A stretch of DNA of 64,000 nucleotides. Origin: Squalus acanthias. Its lineage: Eukaryota. The position numbers and the translations under genes are program-made. Below are positions 23,312 through 36,000 of the stretch, piece after piece. Position 1 is the first letter of the stretch, and every line of letters begins with the position of its first letter. Under the pieces are notes generated by a model. The model had not been told where the DNA came from. It ran no database searches and saw only the letters and a program-made list of their open reading frames with translations. The stretch spans positions 41,232,001 through 41,296,000 of the forward strand of contig CM059432.1 in assembly GCA_030390025.1 (NCBI GenBank), written 5' to 3'.

Positions 23312-24223
23312 GTATATAGACAAGAAATATAGGTGAGAATGTGGCTGTAGTAAATACTCTATAAACCACTTATGTTTGAGGCTGAAGCGATTTGTGATTG
23401 ATCGCATACTAATAGTTCATAAAATGATGAGTTTACAATGGACTTTTGTTTTATTAATAATTCCAGGGTGAAAATATGTTCTACTCTCTGCTTATCCTGT
23501 CTCTACCTCAATGTTGGTGAATATGGTATAGGCTTCAGTAAGTGCTTGAGGCACTCCTTGCGTTGACCCTTGAGATCAGAAGGCAGGATACGGTTTAATC
23601 AGTGGCCACTTGACAAAGAAGTAGCCAAATCCTACTATGAATCTATTACATTATTTTGAATAGTAGGCCTGTGCAGTTATTCACTATATACATTAAATGA
23701 ACTTGGAAAATAACAAATGACTTGACTTTATAATAAGTTTAAAAATGAAAATACCCTACCTCATTAATAGTTATATTTGTAATGTTGGAAGTAGGAGATT
23801 AATAGTCTAACCTTAATTACTACATCAGTGTGGTTCCTCAAGTCATGTTTTCACAACAGATTTATTGAGAGTTCACATACTGAAGTCACTGTCTCCAGGA
23901 GAGAGGTAAGAAGAGAAAATTAGAGGGAGACAACTTACTTCAGAGTGCTTATTGTGCCATGGTGTAAAATTTTAGGTGGTCTCTTCCCTTCCATAGAGGA
24001 TATAAAAAAAACAGCAAAAAATTCATATATCTTGTCGTGTGCTGTTAATTTATCTCCCCATTCTTTTTTTCTTCCCAATTATTTCTCCATAACACATACC
24101 CTCTCCAACTGGACAAGGCTAGAGGTTTGCTGCTAATCCTTTGCTATTGCTGCTCTAAAGCCAGCTCCTTACAGGTTCTTGAGAGCTATCTAACTGACCA
24201 GATGATGGTTGAAATTGGGGAAA

Positions 24224-25095
24224 TCATGGAATCATAGAATAGTACAGCATAGAAGGAGGCCATTTGGCCCATCGAGTCTGCGCTGGCTCTTTCGAAGTGC
24301 AATCCAATTAATCCCACTCCCCCGCTCTTTCCCCATATCCCTGCTATTTTTCTCCTTCAAGTATTTATCCAATTCCCTTTTGAAGGTTACTATTGAATCT
24401 GTATCCACCACCCTATCAGGCAGTGCATTCCAAATCCTAACTTCACGTTGTGCAAAAAACTTTTTCCTCGTGTTGCCTCTGGTTCTTTTGCCAATCACCT
24501 TAAATCTGTGCCCTCTCATTATCAACCCTTCAGCCATTGGAAACAGTTTCTCTTCATTTACTTTATCCTCTTAGCCTTCTCTACTCGAAGGAGAACAACC
24601 CCAGCTTCTCCAATCTATCCATGTAACTGTAGTCCCTCATCCCTGGAACCATTCTTGTAAATCTCTTCTGTACCCTCTTCAAAACCTTCACATCCTTCCT
24701 AAAGTGTGGTGTCCAGAATTGGACACAATACTTCAGCTAGGGCTGAACTAGTGTTTTATATAGATTTAACATAACTTCCTGGTTTTTGTACTCTATGCCT
24801 CTATTTATAAAGCCCAGGATCTCACATGCTTTATTAACATTTGTTAACCTGTCCTGCCACCTTCAAAGATTTGTGCACAAACACCCCCAGGTCTCTCTGT
24901 TCTTGCACCCCCTTTAAAATTGTACCATTTAGCATGCATTGTCTCTTCTCATTCTTCCTACCAAAATGTATCACCTCACACTTTTCTGCGTTGAATTTCA
25001 TCTGCCATGTGTCCGCTCATTCCACCAGCCTGTCTATGTCCTCTTGAAGTCTATTACTATCTTCCTCACTGTTTACTACACTTCCAAGTTTTGTG
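24224..25095 (-). mobile_element. CR1 LINE 3' part
   Basis: ORF 24232-24537(-) RGHRFKVIGKR...WNALP; gaatcatagaat tail. Confidence 0.9.
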
Positions 25096-25335
25096 ACATG
25101 ATGTGGGCAACACTGGAAAGTCCGTATCCCACCACCTGTAACACAATGTATTAGAGCACCAGTACACACAGAAAAAGTGATTAAACACCACTCTAAGTGC
25201 CATGTGCCAAAGTTATTGGAAAAACAAGATACGATGTTCAGTAAGACTGGTAAAGAGTTTGGAATTATTCAATTATTATCCATTTGTCGCAGTTTATTTT
25301 TAAAAGTATTAATTTATGTGCTTCTATTCCTCAAG

Positions 25336-25402
25336 GCTATGGCCAGGGTATGGAGAGATGGTCAAAGGAGACCTGTGCACATTTACAGACTACTAACTAC
25401 AG
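25336..25402 (+). CDS. RAD54B: RAD54B coding exon (AMARVWRDGQRRPVHIYRLLTT; motif VI)
   Basis: ctcaag acceptor, GTTTGT donor; 67 nt, phase 0 to 1. Confidence 0.96.
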
Positions 25403-27524
25403 GTTTGTTTTGATACCTTGTTCCATAATATTAAATAATTATCAGAGATATCTTTAATTTGACTATTGTTGCCCCCTCAATTGCCTGCTGAAAGCTAACA
25501 GACTGATCCGTGAATCTCAATTTAAAAATGAGATGTTTTTTGAAATGGTCTCTAAATAAACCTGAATCTAGTATTTTTTTTCAATTAAACAACAAAATGA
25601 ACCTTTTTTTTTAGAGATTTATTACATGGAGCAGTGGCGTAACATGTTGGAGAACCAATGCACAGTACCATGGCAATGGAGAACATGAGTTTAATTCCCC
25701 ACACAGCTAGAATGCCAATCTAAAGAGTACAGTAACCATAAAGAGTAGTCAGCTAGTAAGAGCTCATGCCTCACAAATGACATGGGCCATCTAATGAGCA
25801 CAATTGACTGATTTTCAGAAGCCATTATATAAAGTTCCTCTTGTGAGGCTTTTAAAGATAGCTAAGGCACCCATGTGCTAGTGAGGAGCAGCTTCCTGTT
25901 CCTACTTGGTATCCTTTTTTTTAAACCCTTTCTCAGCCTCAGTGTTGATGGAGATATAAAAGGTAATCCCGTGGTTGGTAATCCAGAGTACTGAATCGCG
26001 GAATTACCCCTACTTCAGTAAAATACCTGAGGCTCTCCCTGCCATGACTCTTGAGATAAGTAGGCACGGTAAGGGTTGATCAGTGACCTGTTGCTGAAGA
26101 AATGGCCAAATCTAAAAGCAAATGGCATCCATGACAAGAAGTCAACATCTTAAGGAGTGGAACGAAGATAAATTGGTGAGGGATACAAAAGAACAAAAAA
26201 TTTGGCAAGCAGCGATGTGATTACTGTAAGAGCCTTGTGCTCAGTTGTACTCACTGGTCATGCAATGATTCAGCTGGAATATGCCCTACACTGCTTGCAT
26301 ACTAAAGAAAATTGGCTCCCGTATATGATTGCATCTCCTTCAAATGACTGTCTCTTGCCAAGTACTCCTACCCCTATCGAGGACATGTTTATAGCGTAAG
26401 TAGGTTAATTTTCAAAATATTTATCCTGTAAACAAGTGTTAGGAATAGTATTTTGTTGATGAAATCATTTCCAGTAATACCTAGCAAAAAACCTAGTAAA
26501 TCATAAGCATTTAAATAGTTACAACACAACTTCTGTGGAACTCCAGTGGAGGATTTTCTTATTCCTTTGTATACCTTTTGTTAAATAAAATATACATAGA
26601 AGATATTCATTAAAAGTATATTTTCCAAAAGCTGAGATATCAGATGTTGAAGTTCATGTCAGAATGTGTCCTGTAGTCGTTGAGAACCTGTGGTTGCCTG
26701 ACAATCTGGAAAAAGTGTTTCAACCAAAACAAATCCTTTGTGCTGTGTAATACCCGTTACCGTAGCCAGCCACAAGATGGAGTACAGCAACAGATAAACC
26801 AGAGCTTTAAATTGGACATTTTTCATCCCATATGTCTAAACAGTTACAAAATTTAGAAACCTTTTAACCAAAACACTGAGTGTTATTAGAAAGAGACTTT
26901 GATGGCTATTCATTGTCGGGTTCTTTGCTCTAATAAATACACACAGATTGAATTATAAATGGAAAAAATTGCCTGTCTATGGAAACCCTATTCATTAGGC
27001 TTTAGCATTGATGTTAATCCAAGTTTCCCAATAAATCAACATTTTCATCCCCCACAAATCACTAGGAAATGTAGACGCATTTACATCCGTATCTGTCTCT
27101 GTCCGTGAATGCAAATCAATCACTTCAGGAACTTTAAAATCATAAAATCGCAGATTTTGAACTGATTTGGCATGACTTTCAGTAGCCGTTGAGTCCCTTT
27201 TTAAATCGTCAAGCTGCATCATTTGTGTATCAGTAAACGTCATTGGCTGCTCAGATTTTCCATGGTTTTCACTGACTTTCAATTAGTTTTATGGAAGCAG
27301 TAAACTTACTGGCATTTAAAACCCTGATTAATTATGTTGTCAGATTTTGACGTAACCAATTAGAATGATTTGACAACCTCTATTTGGTTAAGTCAATTAC
27401 ATTTTCTTTAACAAAGTATATATTTTTTATGCAGACAACATGTTCCCTGCTGTATTTACAACACTTGTGATTATCTTTCTTTTTTGTCCCACCTTGTCTT
27501 TTTATAAAGTAAAAAGAGAACTCC

Positions 27525-27830
27525 CTAATAGTTCAGTGACTCCATTGGTGAGTATCTGAGCCATACAGACCAGAAAGGTCTCCTTTTGATCCCCGATGTG
27601 TATTGAGGGCACTAATTGGCTTCAGTACCACTGGGTTAGGCAGGGGAAAATCGGCCAGGTTTCCCACTCCTGGTTGCTATCCAGCAATCCCTGCTGTTAG
27701 TAGATATCAGGTGAGGACAGGACCAGGCTTGCATGCAATACACACCAAGGCCGAGTAGCCTGGCAACAATCATGAGCTGGGGCTAGAGGATGTCCCCCAC
27801 CCACGGGACTATGCTCCAGCAACACTTTCA
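27525..27830 (+). repeat. Unclassified tRNA-headed SINE-like repeat, degraded
   Basis: Similar to 65-290 and to several reverse-strand copies in the window. Confidence 0.5.
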
Positions 27831-28409
27831 AGAGATGAAGGACAGGGAGAAAATTGTTGGACAAAAAACCAGCATACTAATTATTTAAAAAATGGAAAAA
27901 TTGATTTTGATAGCCTGGTAACTGTAGAGTCCCGCAGCCACTTATGAGTGTTGTATAACAGCCTGATATTCAGACTTGGCTGCTTTCAGTGGCTTGTTTT
28001 TACCAATTCATCATTGTGGTCAAAATGGAAATCAGGAACTGTTCTGTTAATTAAAAAGAGGGTGAAACAGTTAAAGGATTTCGGTGAATATAGCTCATTT
28101 TCTAGTTGTACTTGGATTTATGGTTAAAAGCTGCTTGCTGGTTACGGTATGTTAATGCTTTCTTCTGACTGGTGAATGACCAGCAGTCATGCAAAGTTAT
28201 AAGTCTCCTATTTTTATTCTGTGATCATTGTTAATTTTTCAACTTAGTTCTGAAATATGATATACATGGTTAGTATTTATTCATTATTTTTATCCTCTCT
28301 GATATTCCTGGACATCACACAACTTGTGACTGAGGTGAGTGCTTGAACTGGCTGCCTGGTGGGCACAAGAGTTATCCAGGTGCCTTTTCCTCTATTTGTA
28401 TCTGAAAAC

Positions 28410-29372
28410 ACAGTGTCAGTTTCCACATGTACGCTGATGACGAATAGCTCTACCTCACCACCACTTCTCTCGACCCCTCCATGGTCTGTAAATTGTCAGG
28501 CTGCTTGTCCGACATCCAGTACTGGATGAGCAGAAATTTTCTCCAATTAAAATTTGGGAAGACAGAAGCCATTGTCTTCAGTCCCTGCCACAAACTCCGT
28601 TCCCTAGCCACCGACTCCATCCCTCTCCCCAGCATCTGTCTGAGGCTGAACCAGACTGTTCGCAACCTTGGTGTCATATTTGACCCTGAGATGAGCTTCC
28701 GACCACATATCCACGGCATAACTAAGACCGCCTATTTCCACCTGCGTAACATTGCCCGTCTCCGCCCTGCCTCAGCTAATCTGCTGCTGAAACCCTCATC
28801 CATGCCTTTGTTACCTCTAGACTTGACTATTCCACCGCTCTCCACCCGCCATAAACTTGACCTCGTCCAAAACTCTGCTGCCCGTGTCCTAACTCGCACC
28901 AAGTCCCGTTCACCCATCACCCCTGTGCTTGCTGACCTCCATTGGCTCCCGGTTAAGCAACGCCTCGACTTCAGAATTTTCATCCTTGTTTTCAAATCCC
29001 TCCATGGCCTCGCCCCTCCCTATCTCTGTAATCTCCTGCAGCCCCACAACCCCCCTGAGATATCTGCGCCCCTCAAATTCTGCCCTCTTGGCATCCCTGA
29101 TTATAATAGCTCAACCATTGGTGGCCGTGCCTTTAGCTGCCTAGGCCCTAAGCTCCGGAACTCTCTCCCTAAACCTCTCCGCCTCTCTACCTCTCTTTCC
29201 TCCTTTAAGACGCTCCTTAAAACCTACCTCTTTGACCAAGCTTTTGGTCATCTGCCCTAATTTCTTCTTATGTGGTTCGGTATCAAATTTTTGTCTTATA
29301 ACAGTTCTGCGAAGCTCCTTGGGAGGTTTTACTATGTTAAAGGCGCTATATAAATACAAATTGTTGTTGTTG
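28410..29372 (+). mobile_element. L2 LINE 3' part
   Basis: YADD, WMSRNFLQLK.GKTE, VRNLGVIFD, HWLPV and FKTLLKTYLF motifs; ttgttgttgttg tail. Confidence 0.93.
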
Positions 29373-29487
29373 TATCTCATTCACTTTAGGGAGGTACCTT
29401 GCCTCAGCTTCATACCTTAGCAATAAAGCTGAGATGCGGAACACAATGGAATCAGGAATTAAATCTCCATTCCATGGTATAGAATAT

Positions 29488-29807
29488 TACATAGGATTAC
29501 ATAGGATATACGGCATAGAAACAGGCCATTCGGCCCAACCAGTCCATGCCGACGTTTATGCTCCACACGAACCTCCACCCGTCTTTCCTCATCTAAATCT
29601 ATCAGCATAACCCTCTATTCCCTTTTCCCTCATATGCTTGTCTAGCCTCCCCTTAAATGCATCTATACTATTCGCTTCAACCACTCCCTGTGGTAGCGAG
29701 TTCCACATTCTCACCACTCTTTGGGTAAAGAAGTTTCTTCTGAATTCCCTATTGGATTTCTTGGTGACTATCTTATATTGATGGCCTCTAGTTATGCTGT
29801 TCCCCAC
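29488..29807 (-). mobile_element. CR1 LINE 3' fragment
   Basis: TRGHQYKI...RRNFFTQRVVRMWNSLP on -; acataggattacatagga tail. Confidence 0.85.
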
Positions 29808-30404
29808 AAACTTAACCAGCATGAATATTGGTGCTCTAACACACTGTGCTACAACGTACAGAGTGAAATACAACATATTGTAACATTGTAGGTTGATGCT
29901 GGATGCCCCCAAAGGAAAAGTTGGATTTGTCTTCATAATCTTCACACACATTAAGCTTTATATAGATTGAGGCAGAGACTTTCCAGTATTTAATCACTTG
30001 CACAAAGATGAGTACCACACACAGACAGTACGACCAGGAAGGTATTATTTGCTCACAACCATAATCATCAGGAAGTCTATCAAGAAGCTATTGAATCACA
30101 TAAATTTACAGCACAGAAGGAGGCCTTTTGGCCCATAGTGTCTGCGCTGGTTCTTTGCTACGGTAATCTAAAACTAATCCCACCATCTTGCTTCCTCCCA
30201 TAACTTTGTATCTTCATCTGCTGCAAATATTTATCCGTTTTCCCTTAGTTGTTCAGATGGACTATTAAAACTTAACCAGCATGTAATGCCACATAACTGT
30301 TTAATATTATTGGTTCAAATTTGGGTCAGTTGGTAAAAGACACATACAAATGCACACTTACATAATCAGTCATGCATTTTAACATATTACTTCTTCCATT
30401 ACAG

Positions 30405-30605
30405 GGACCATAGAAGAGAAGATTTATCAGCGACAGGTCAGTAAGCAAAGTTTGTCTGGAGCAGTGGTTGACCTAAAAAAGAAGAGTGAGCATGCCGGCT
30501 TTTCCCTAGAAGAACTTCGAAATCTTTTTGAATTAGATGAAGGCTCTAACTGTCTTACCCATGATCTCCTGTACTGCAACTGTTTGGGAAATGGAGAGCT
30601 GTTAG
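30405..30605 (+). CDS. RAD54B: RAD54B coding exon (GTIEEKIYQRQVSKQ...FSLEELRNLF...CLTHDLLYCNC)
   Basis: ttacag acceptor, GTAAGC donor; 201 nt, phase 1 to 1. Confidence 0.96.
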
Positions 30606-31047
30606 GTAAGCATTGGGCCTTGATGAGTGTCATAAACCCATTTTGGTTAGATACTGATAAAGCAAAGAGGCAAAATAATTATTGCAGCATCCTCCCCATG
30701 CTGTAGGAGTAAGCCCAAGATGCCAGTGGGGAAAACTGTGAGGGGCCATGTCCCTTTAAATCATCTTTGACATCAAGAGCACTAAGATGTTCCCTCTTTG
30801 TTGGCATCTGCTCAGAGTCAGTACATTTTTCCCCATCAGTTGTCGACACTCCCTAGTGTTTCCCATGTCAGAATCGATCAGTTTGCATGAATTGCTTCAA
30901 TTTCTGTGGCCAGCTATCGAGAATTAGCCTGGGCTGATCCACCTGCCTTTTTTCCCTCCCTTCCTGTGGAGAAACTGCAACCAACTTAGCTCCTCTCCTG
31001 ACTTCATGAGGAAGATCTGAAACCATTACTGTGTGAGGAATCTTGAG

Positions 31048-31521
31048 CAACAACTTGTATTTATATAGCACCTTTAAAATAGTAAAACATCCCAAGGTGC
31101 TTCATCAAACAAAATTTGACATCGAACCACATAAGGTGATATTAGGACGGGTGCAGTAGGTTTCAAGAAGCGCCTTAAAGGAGGAGAGAGTAGTAGAGAT
31201 GCAGGGAGGCTTAGGGAGGAAATTCCAGAGCTTGGGGCCTAGGCAGCTGAAGGCACGACCGCCAATGATGAAGCAAAGAAAATTGGGGATGCGCAAGAGG
31301 CCAGAATTGGAGGAGCGCAGAGATCTTGGAGGGTTGAAGGGCTAGAGGAGGTTACAGAGGTGGGGGGCGGCCATGGAGGGATTTGAAAACCAGGATGAGA
31401 ATTTTAAAATCGAGGCATTGCCAGACCGGGAGCCAATGTAGGTCAGTGAGCACAGGGGTGATGGGTGAACTGGACTTGGTGCGAGTCAGGACACAGGCAG
31501 CAGAGTTTTAGATGAGTTCAA
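31048..31521 (-). mobile_element. L2 LINE 3' part
   Basis: Reverse complement of 28860-29372. Confidence 0.9.
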
Positions 31522-32777
31522 GAGCTCAGCAAGGCTGATACAAACCATTGGCATCCTGTTAATATAAAAAGTGTAACATTTGAGGATATTTGGTTTGCAA
31601 TATAAGATTTTACTTACTCAGAGCTGGAAAGTTCAGTGGTCAGTTAAATAGTTGGCTGACAATGAAATTGTGCTGGTTCCGATCGTGTTTGCTGGCATCA
31701 TAGAATTAATGTCAGTACAATTTGTGAATACTTCAAGTGAGAAAGATTCTGTTGCACAAGTCTGAATTTCAAGTCTCAGTAAATTCTGTTCACCTTGTGT
31801 ATATGGTGGTATTAGCCTACTCCTCCCAGCTCCACCATAAGGTTAGTAATAAAAAAAAAATTGGCTTTCCAGAGGCAGCCTTCAGCAGTTCCTTTAAGCA
31901 AAGAGGGCCTCAAACAGGCCCCCTATTTGCATATGCAAAGGATCTAATGCCTGTTTCTTACGTAGGTCCTGGATGCTGCCCGCCATATTGGACACAAGCA
32001 CCTGTTTTGCGCCTATATTACAGGCGCAGCGCCATCAAATTTCTATGCCACTGTGCCTTTTAAAACAGGATTTTTCTTTGGGTTACTGGGTTTAATTGTG
32101 TTGCTTGATTGCAGATCTCCATAATATGACTGGTACAGAGCTGGAAAGTTCAGTGGTCAGTTAAATAGTTGGCTGACAGTGAAATAGTTCTGTTCTAAGC
32201 ATTATCACCCTGATGTTATCGCACTGTCTAAGAGGCCAAAACCATTATATAAATTACACCACACAAGTAGGATTTGGCAGTGGTTTATGGGTCTGGAGCT
32301 GCTTTGCAAAATCTATGTGCGCCTCCTGCAACCCTCCCTTTACTCTTGTTGAAGCCCAGAACATACAGTATGCCTTACTATATCTCATTATGTGACTTTT
32401 TTTAATCTGCCTGATTTGGTTGATTTATCTTTCTCAGATTCTGCCCTTTTTTCACCAATATCTCCTAATCTGAATTATTTCCTGCTTTCTCATGCCTGTT
32501 TCTTTTCAGCCACTTTTTCAATTTCTCCCTCTTGATTCGACCCGACCCCCCCCCCCGCCCCACCCCCGCCAAGTTCTTTCTGTACCCCCATTCTCTGGCT
32601 AACCTAGCTTTAGTTACATCTCTGTTTTATATGGAATTCCCCAAAGTGAACACTTGACAAATGTGTGATGGCCAATGGCTGAATTGCACCACTTTTAACT
32701 GTCAGATCTGTTGTGAAAATGTGAAAAAATTGCATTTGAAACCATATTATTTAAATGAATTGCTGTTCTCATTCCAG

Positions 32778-33001
32778 CTAATCTCACTGCTGAAAAGCTT
32801 CTGGCTCCTAGAACCTGTCAACTGGGCCGCAATTCAGAGAAGTCTGATTCCCAGAAACACCTTTCTATGTCAGAACTAATGTACTGGAAGCACTTTTCTG
32901 GAGAAATTCAACGCTTCCCAGATCCTTATCTTGAAAAAGCTAAAGAAAATATTACCTTCATCTTTCAAAACACAACAAAACCACAGGCTATATCCAGCTG
33001 A
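32778..33001 (+). CDS. RAD54B: RAD54B terminal coding exon (RTCQLG...LSMSELMYWKHFSG...ITFIFQN...ISS*)
   Basis: ttccag acceptor; phase-1 entry gives an open frame to TGA at 32999-33001; resembles the RAD54B C-terminus. Confidence 0.94.
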
Positions 33002-33034
33002 AAAAAAAATGGAAATGAGTGCAGGAATTTCAGG

Positions 33035-33040
33035 AATAAA
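33035..33040 (+). promoter_or_regulatory. Candidate polyadenylation signal (alternative at 33230-33235)
   Basis: AATAAA about 35 nt after the RAD54B stop; usage unverified. Confidence 0.4.
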
Positions 33041-36000
33041 TGTGTAATTCTACTTACTTTTGTTAAGAAGCTTGGGTAGAATCTGTGTAAACATTTTGGT
33101 ACTGTACCCAGCCTGTCTGAGTTCATGGAGTTTGCTTTGTAATAATTTTTTGTAGTTCATCAAGTTGAGAACTGTAACTGCTGGGAATAGGTACACAGTG
33201 TCGGCATTCACCAGCCTGGATAGATGCAGAATAAACCTCCCTCTAGTCTGTCCCAACAACATCTCTTAACTCAAACCATTTCCCAGACTAACCACACTGA
33301 TGGTCACTTGGACTGAGAATTGGCAAATTGTCAACTTGTGCCAGATTATGTGGGGTTTTGTACTGTAAACTGATCATTTCACCTTGGGTCCTTGTAACCA
33401 GCACAGAGAGCAAATCTTCATTTCTTCAGTCTGACAGAATTCAAACCGAGGCCCAGAGATGAAACAGAAGTGTGCTAATCTGCAGCACCCACAAGGCTCC
33501 ATTCTTTGTCACGTCTTAAATATCAAAAAATGGTACGAGTATGTGAAATGCTATTTTGCTTGCGTGCAGCCAACAGGCAGAGTAAAAATATATACGGTTT
33601 ACTGTTTCCATTGGCTCCCAATTTTCTCCTGTCAAAGTGGTAACCCATGTTGAATTACCACCTTGAGTGGTTAAAATTGAGGGAGCATTTCTATGAGTGC
33701 TGGTAGCCTTCAGGTATCTTGCCCAAGTGTTGTCCATCAGTTTTACTATCAGGAACCTTACAGCCTAGCCCAATACTATTATACCTAGTATCCACACACA
33801 CACATACTTGGCTGCATATAGTGACACCATTATTCCTGGCCAGAATAGAAATGATTGGGTAATTCGCCCGGAGACCGCATTGCTGTAAGTGACGGATTGA
33901 TTTTACGCACACGAGTTCTGTTTGTTGCTGTAAAATACACTGGCTGTAAGTCCTGCCGGCCGTAAGTACCGTCCCGCCTCCACCTCGTTGGCTGATACAA
34001 TGGTGTCAATAGACACCCAGCACATACTTTCCAGTAGGAGTCATGGGATAGAAATAACTTACAGATCATATTTCACAGCCTCAGGACATCCCAAAGCTTC
34101 ACAGACAAAAATGTAATTTAAAGTGCAGTAACTGTTGCCATGTAGGCAGTGAGCTTGATAGTGACCAAATTGGGTTCCACCCTAGCTCTGAGGTAGTTAG
34201 GCCAATTGTAGCTCTATCCTGGCTGAGATCAACTAACTCAGCGTAGACCAGGGCTCAAACCTTCCTGATCTATACTTAGTACCGTACAGGGTGTGAATTT
34301 ATCCACTGAGCTATCGGAGGAGCTAGCATATCAACATGCCAAATCCTTTTCATGTGAGGGAGTAGATACATATTTTAATTGGGAAGGAAAAGTAAACAAT
34401 TCTTACTTTCCAAGACAAAATATATCATTTTTGAGGGGGGTGGGTGGTGGAGTGCTTAAAAGCACTACCCTGCATGTGATGGTGTCCACAGTGGTAGTCG
34501 TGACAATGCAGCAAACTCTTCCAGTCAGGCTCTTTCCCTCAAAGATGTTGAAGTATCCCAAATGTCATCTTTGACCCAGTAGAAGATTAATATTCCACTT
34601 TGGAGGCTTGCTTAAAAACTAATTAGCAATGTGGTTTTAGCAGACATTCACTAAAACCAGGGTCGATAAGCAGGCTTTGTAACTTGTTATTTAATAGGAT
34701 TGTTTCTGCAAATATATTTAAAACATGGCATTGTTTTACATCTTAATTTTTCAAGATTCTGAAAAATGACTTTTTCAGGGGATAGGGTTAGGGAATGAGA
34801 CAAAGGATTAATTAAGTTTAAATACTTGATTTGAATCTAAATCTTCAGTTTCTGGTTCTGTGAACATTTCTACTAATTCCACTTATATGCACCTCCAACC
34901 AGGTGATATTAAGCTCTGAGTAAGTAAAACAATCTGCAGCATTACACTGTGTGTCTGTTCCTTTGAACACACTGCCTCAGGGTTTTATTCAAATGACAAA
35001 TTCCCAAAGTTTCAAAGCCATTCCAAAACTGGTTGGACCAGCCAGGAGGGACTTTAAATTTCCATAATTATTTTGTAAAGTCTTAAACATGTCCTTTATT
35101 GAATAGTGCCAACTTCTGATTTTAAATATTGACTCTAGTCTTTGTATAATTGTTTTTTTTATCTCTTGGCTATCCTTTTACTTTAAAAATAATATTGTGG
35201 GTTAATTGGTGGTGGGTGAAGCTGAATTTCGATTGATTTTTTTTTCTCAAATCTAATTCCCGCTGAAGAAATTGATGTCTTTTGCTGGGATATGATTTCA
35301 TGGGTGCAAGCAGTATTCTGGTGCCCTTGCCCAAATGGCAATTATTCATATGTAACCCATGACGGGTTAGTCAACCATGGGGTGCAGACTAGCCAAGCTT
35401 GTTTTCAGCCAATATTTACATGGATTCATTTCAAAAGGGAACATGCATCAGACGTAGGAACACTGACTTTTTTATTGTTTGTTTTCCTCCATAGCCCATG
35501 AGTGCTGAGGTCAATTGTAGTGCCCAACTGCTGGCCTGGCTGAGGTCAACTATCTCAGTGTAGGTCAGTGATTAAACCCAGGTCTTTCCATTACACAATA
35601 TATTTATCAATGACCCATCAAGAGAACTCCTTTTTAATATTTTGTAAAGTGGAGACAATCTTAACTTAAGTAATAAATTATTCTCATAATAGAACAGTTT
35701 GTTCATATACTGTTTGTTTTTCATTTCTATTGACATTAATAACCGAATCTTTAGTGTGATTGAAAATAGTGATGTATGATATGCGTAAGGCAGTCTACAT
35801 GCTAAATCTCTCTAACTGCGGTCTGGTGACATATCCCATCAGGGAGGGTGAGCACTACCCATGATTCCTCACATGACTAGTTCCTCATCTCAACCAAATC
35901 AAGCAAGGTGAGGAGGATGAGACAAATTGAGGATGAATCAACCAAGGCCACACTCACATACTTCATACCATGTGTTTACGGAGCAACTCGGGTAGAGACC

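Noticed and set aside
26990..27400. Possible conserved non-coding elements (also 33860-33990)
   Set aside because: Complex non-repeat-looking sequence, but conservation cannot be assessed without alignments
6416..33001. RAD54L or ATRX identity
   Set aside because: DHKVE, the C-terminal LSMS..WKHF segment and adjacency to GEM point to RAD54B
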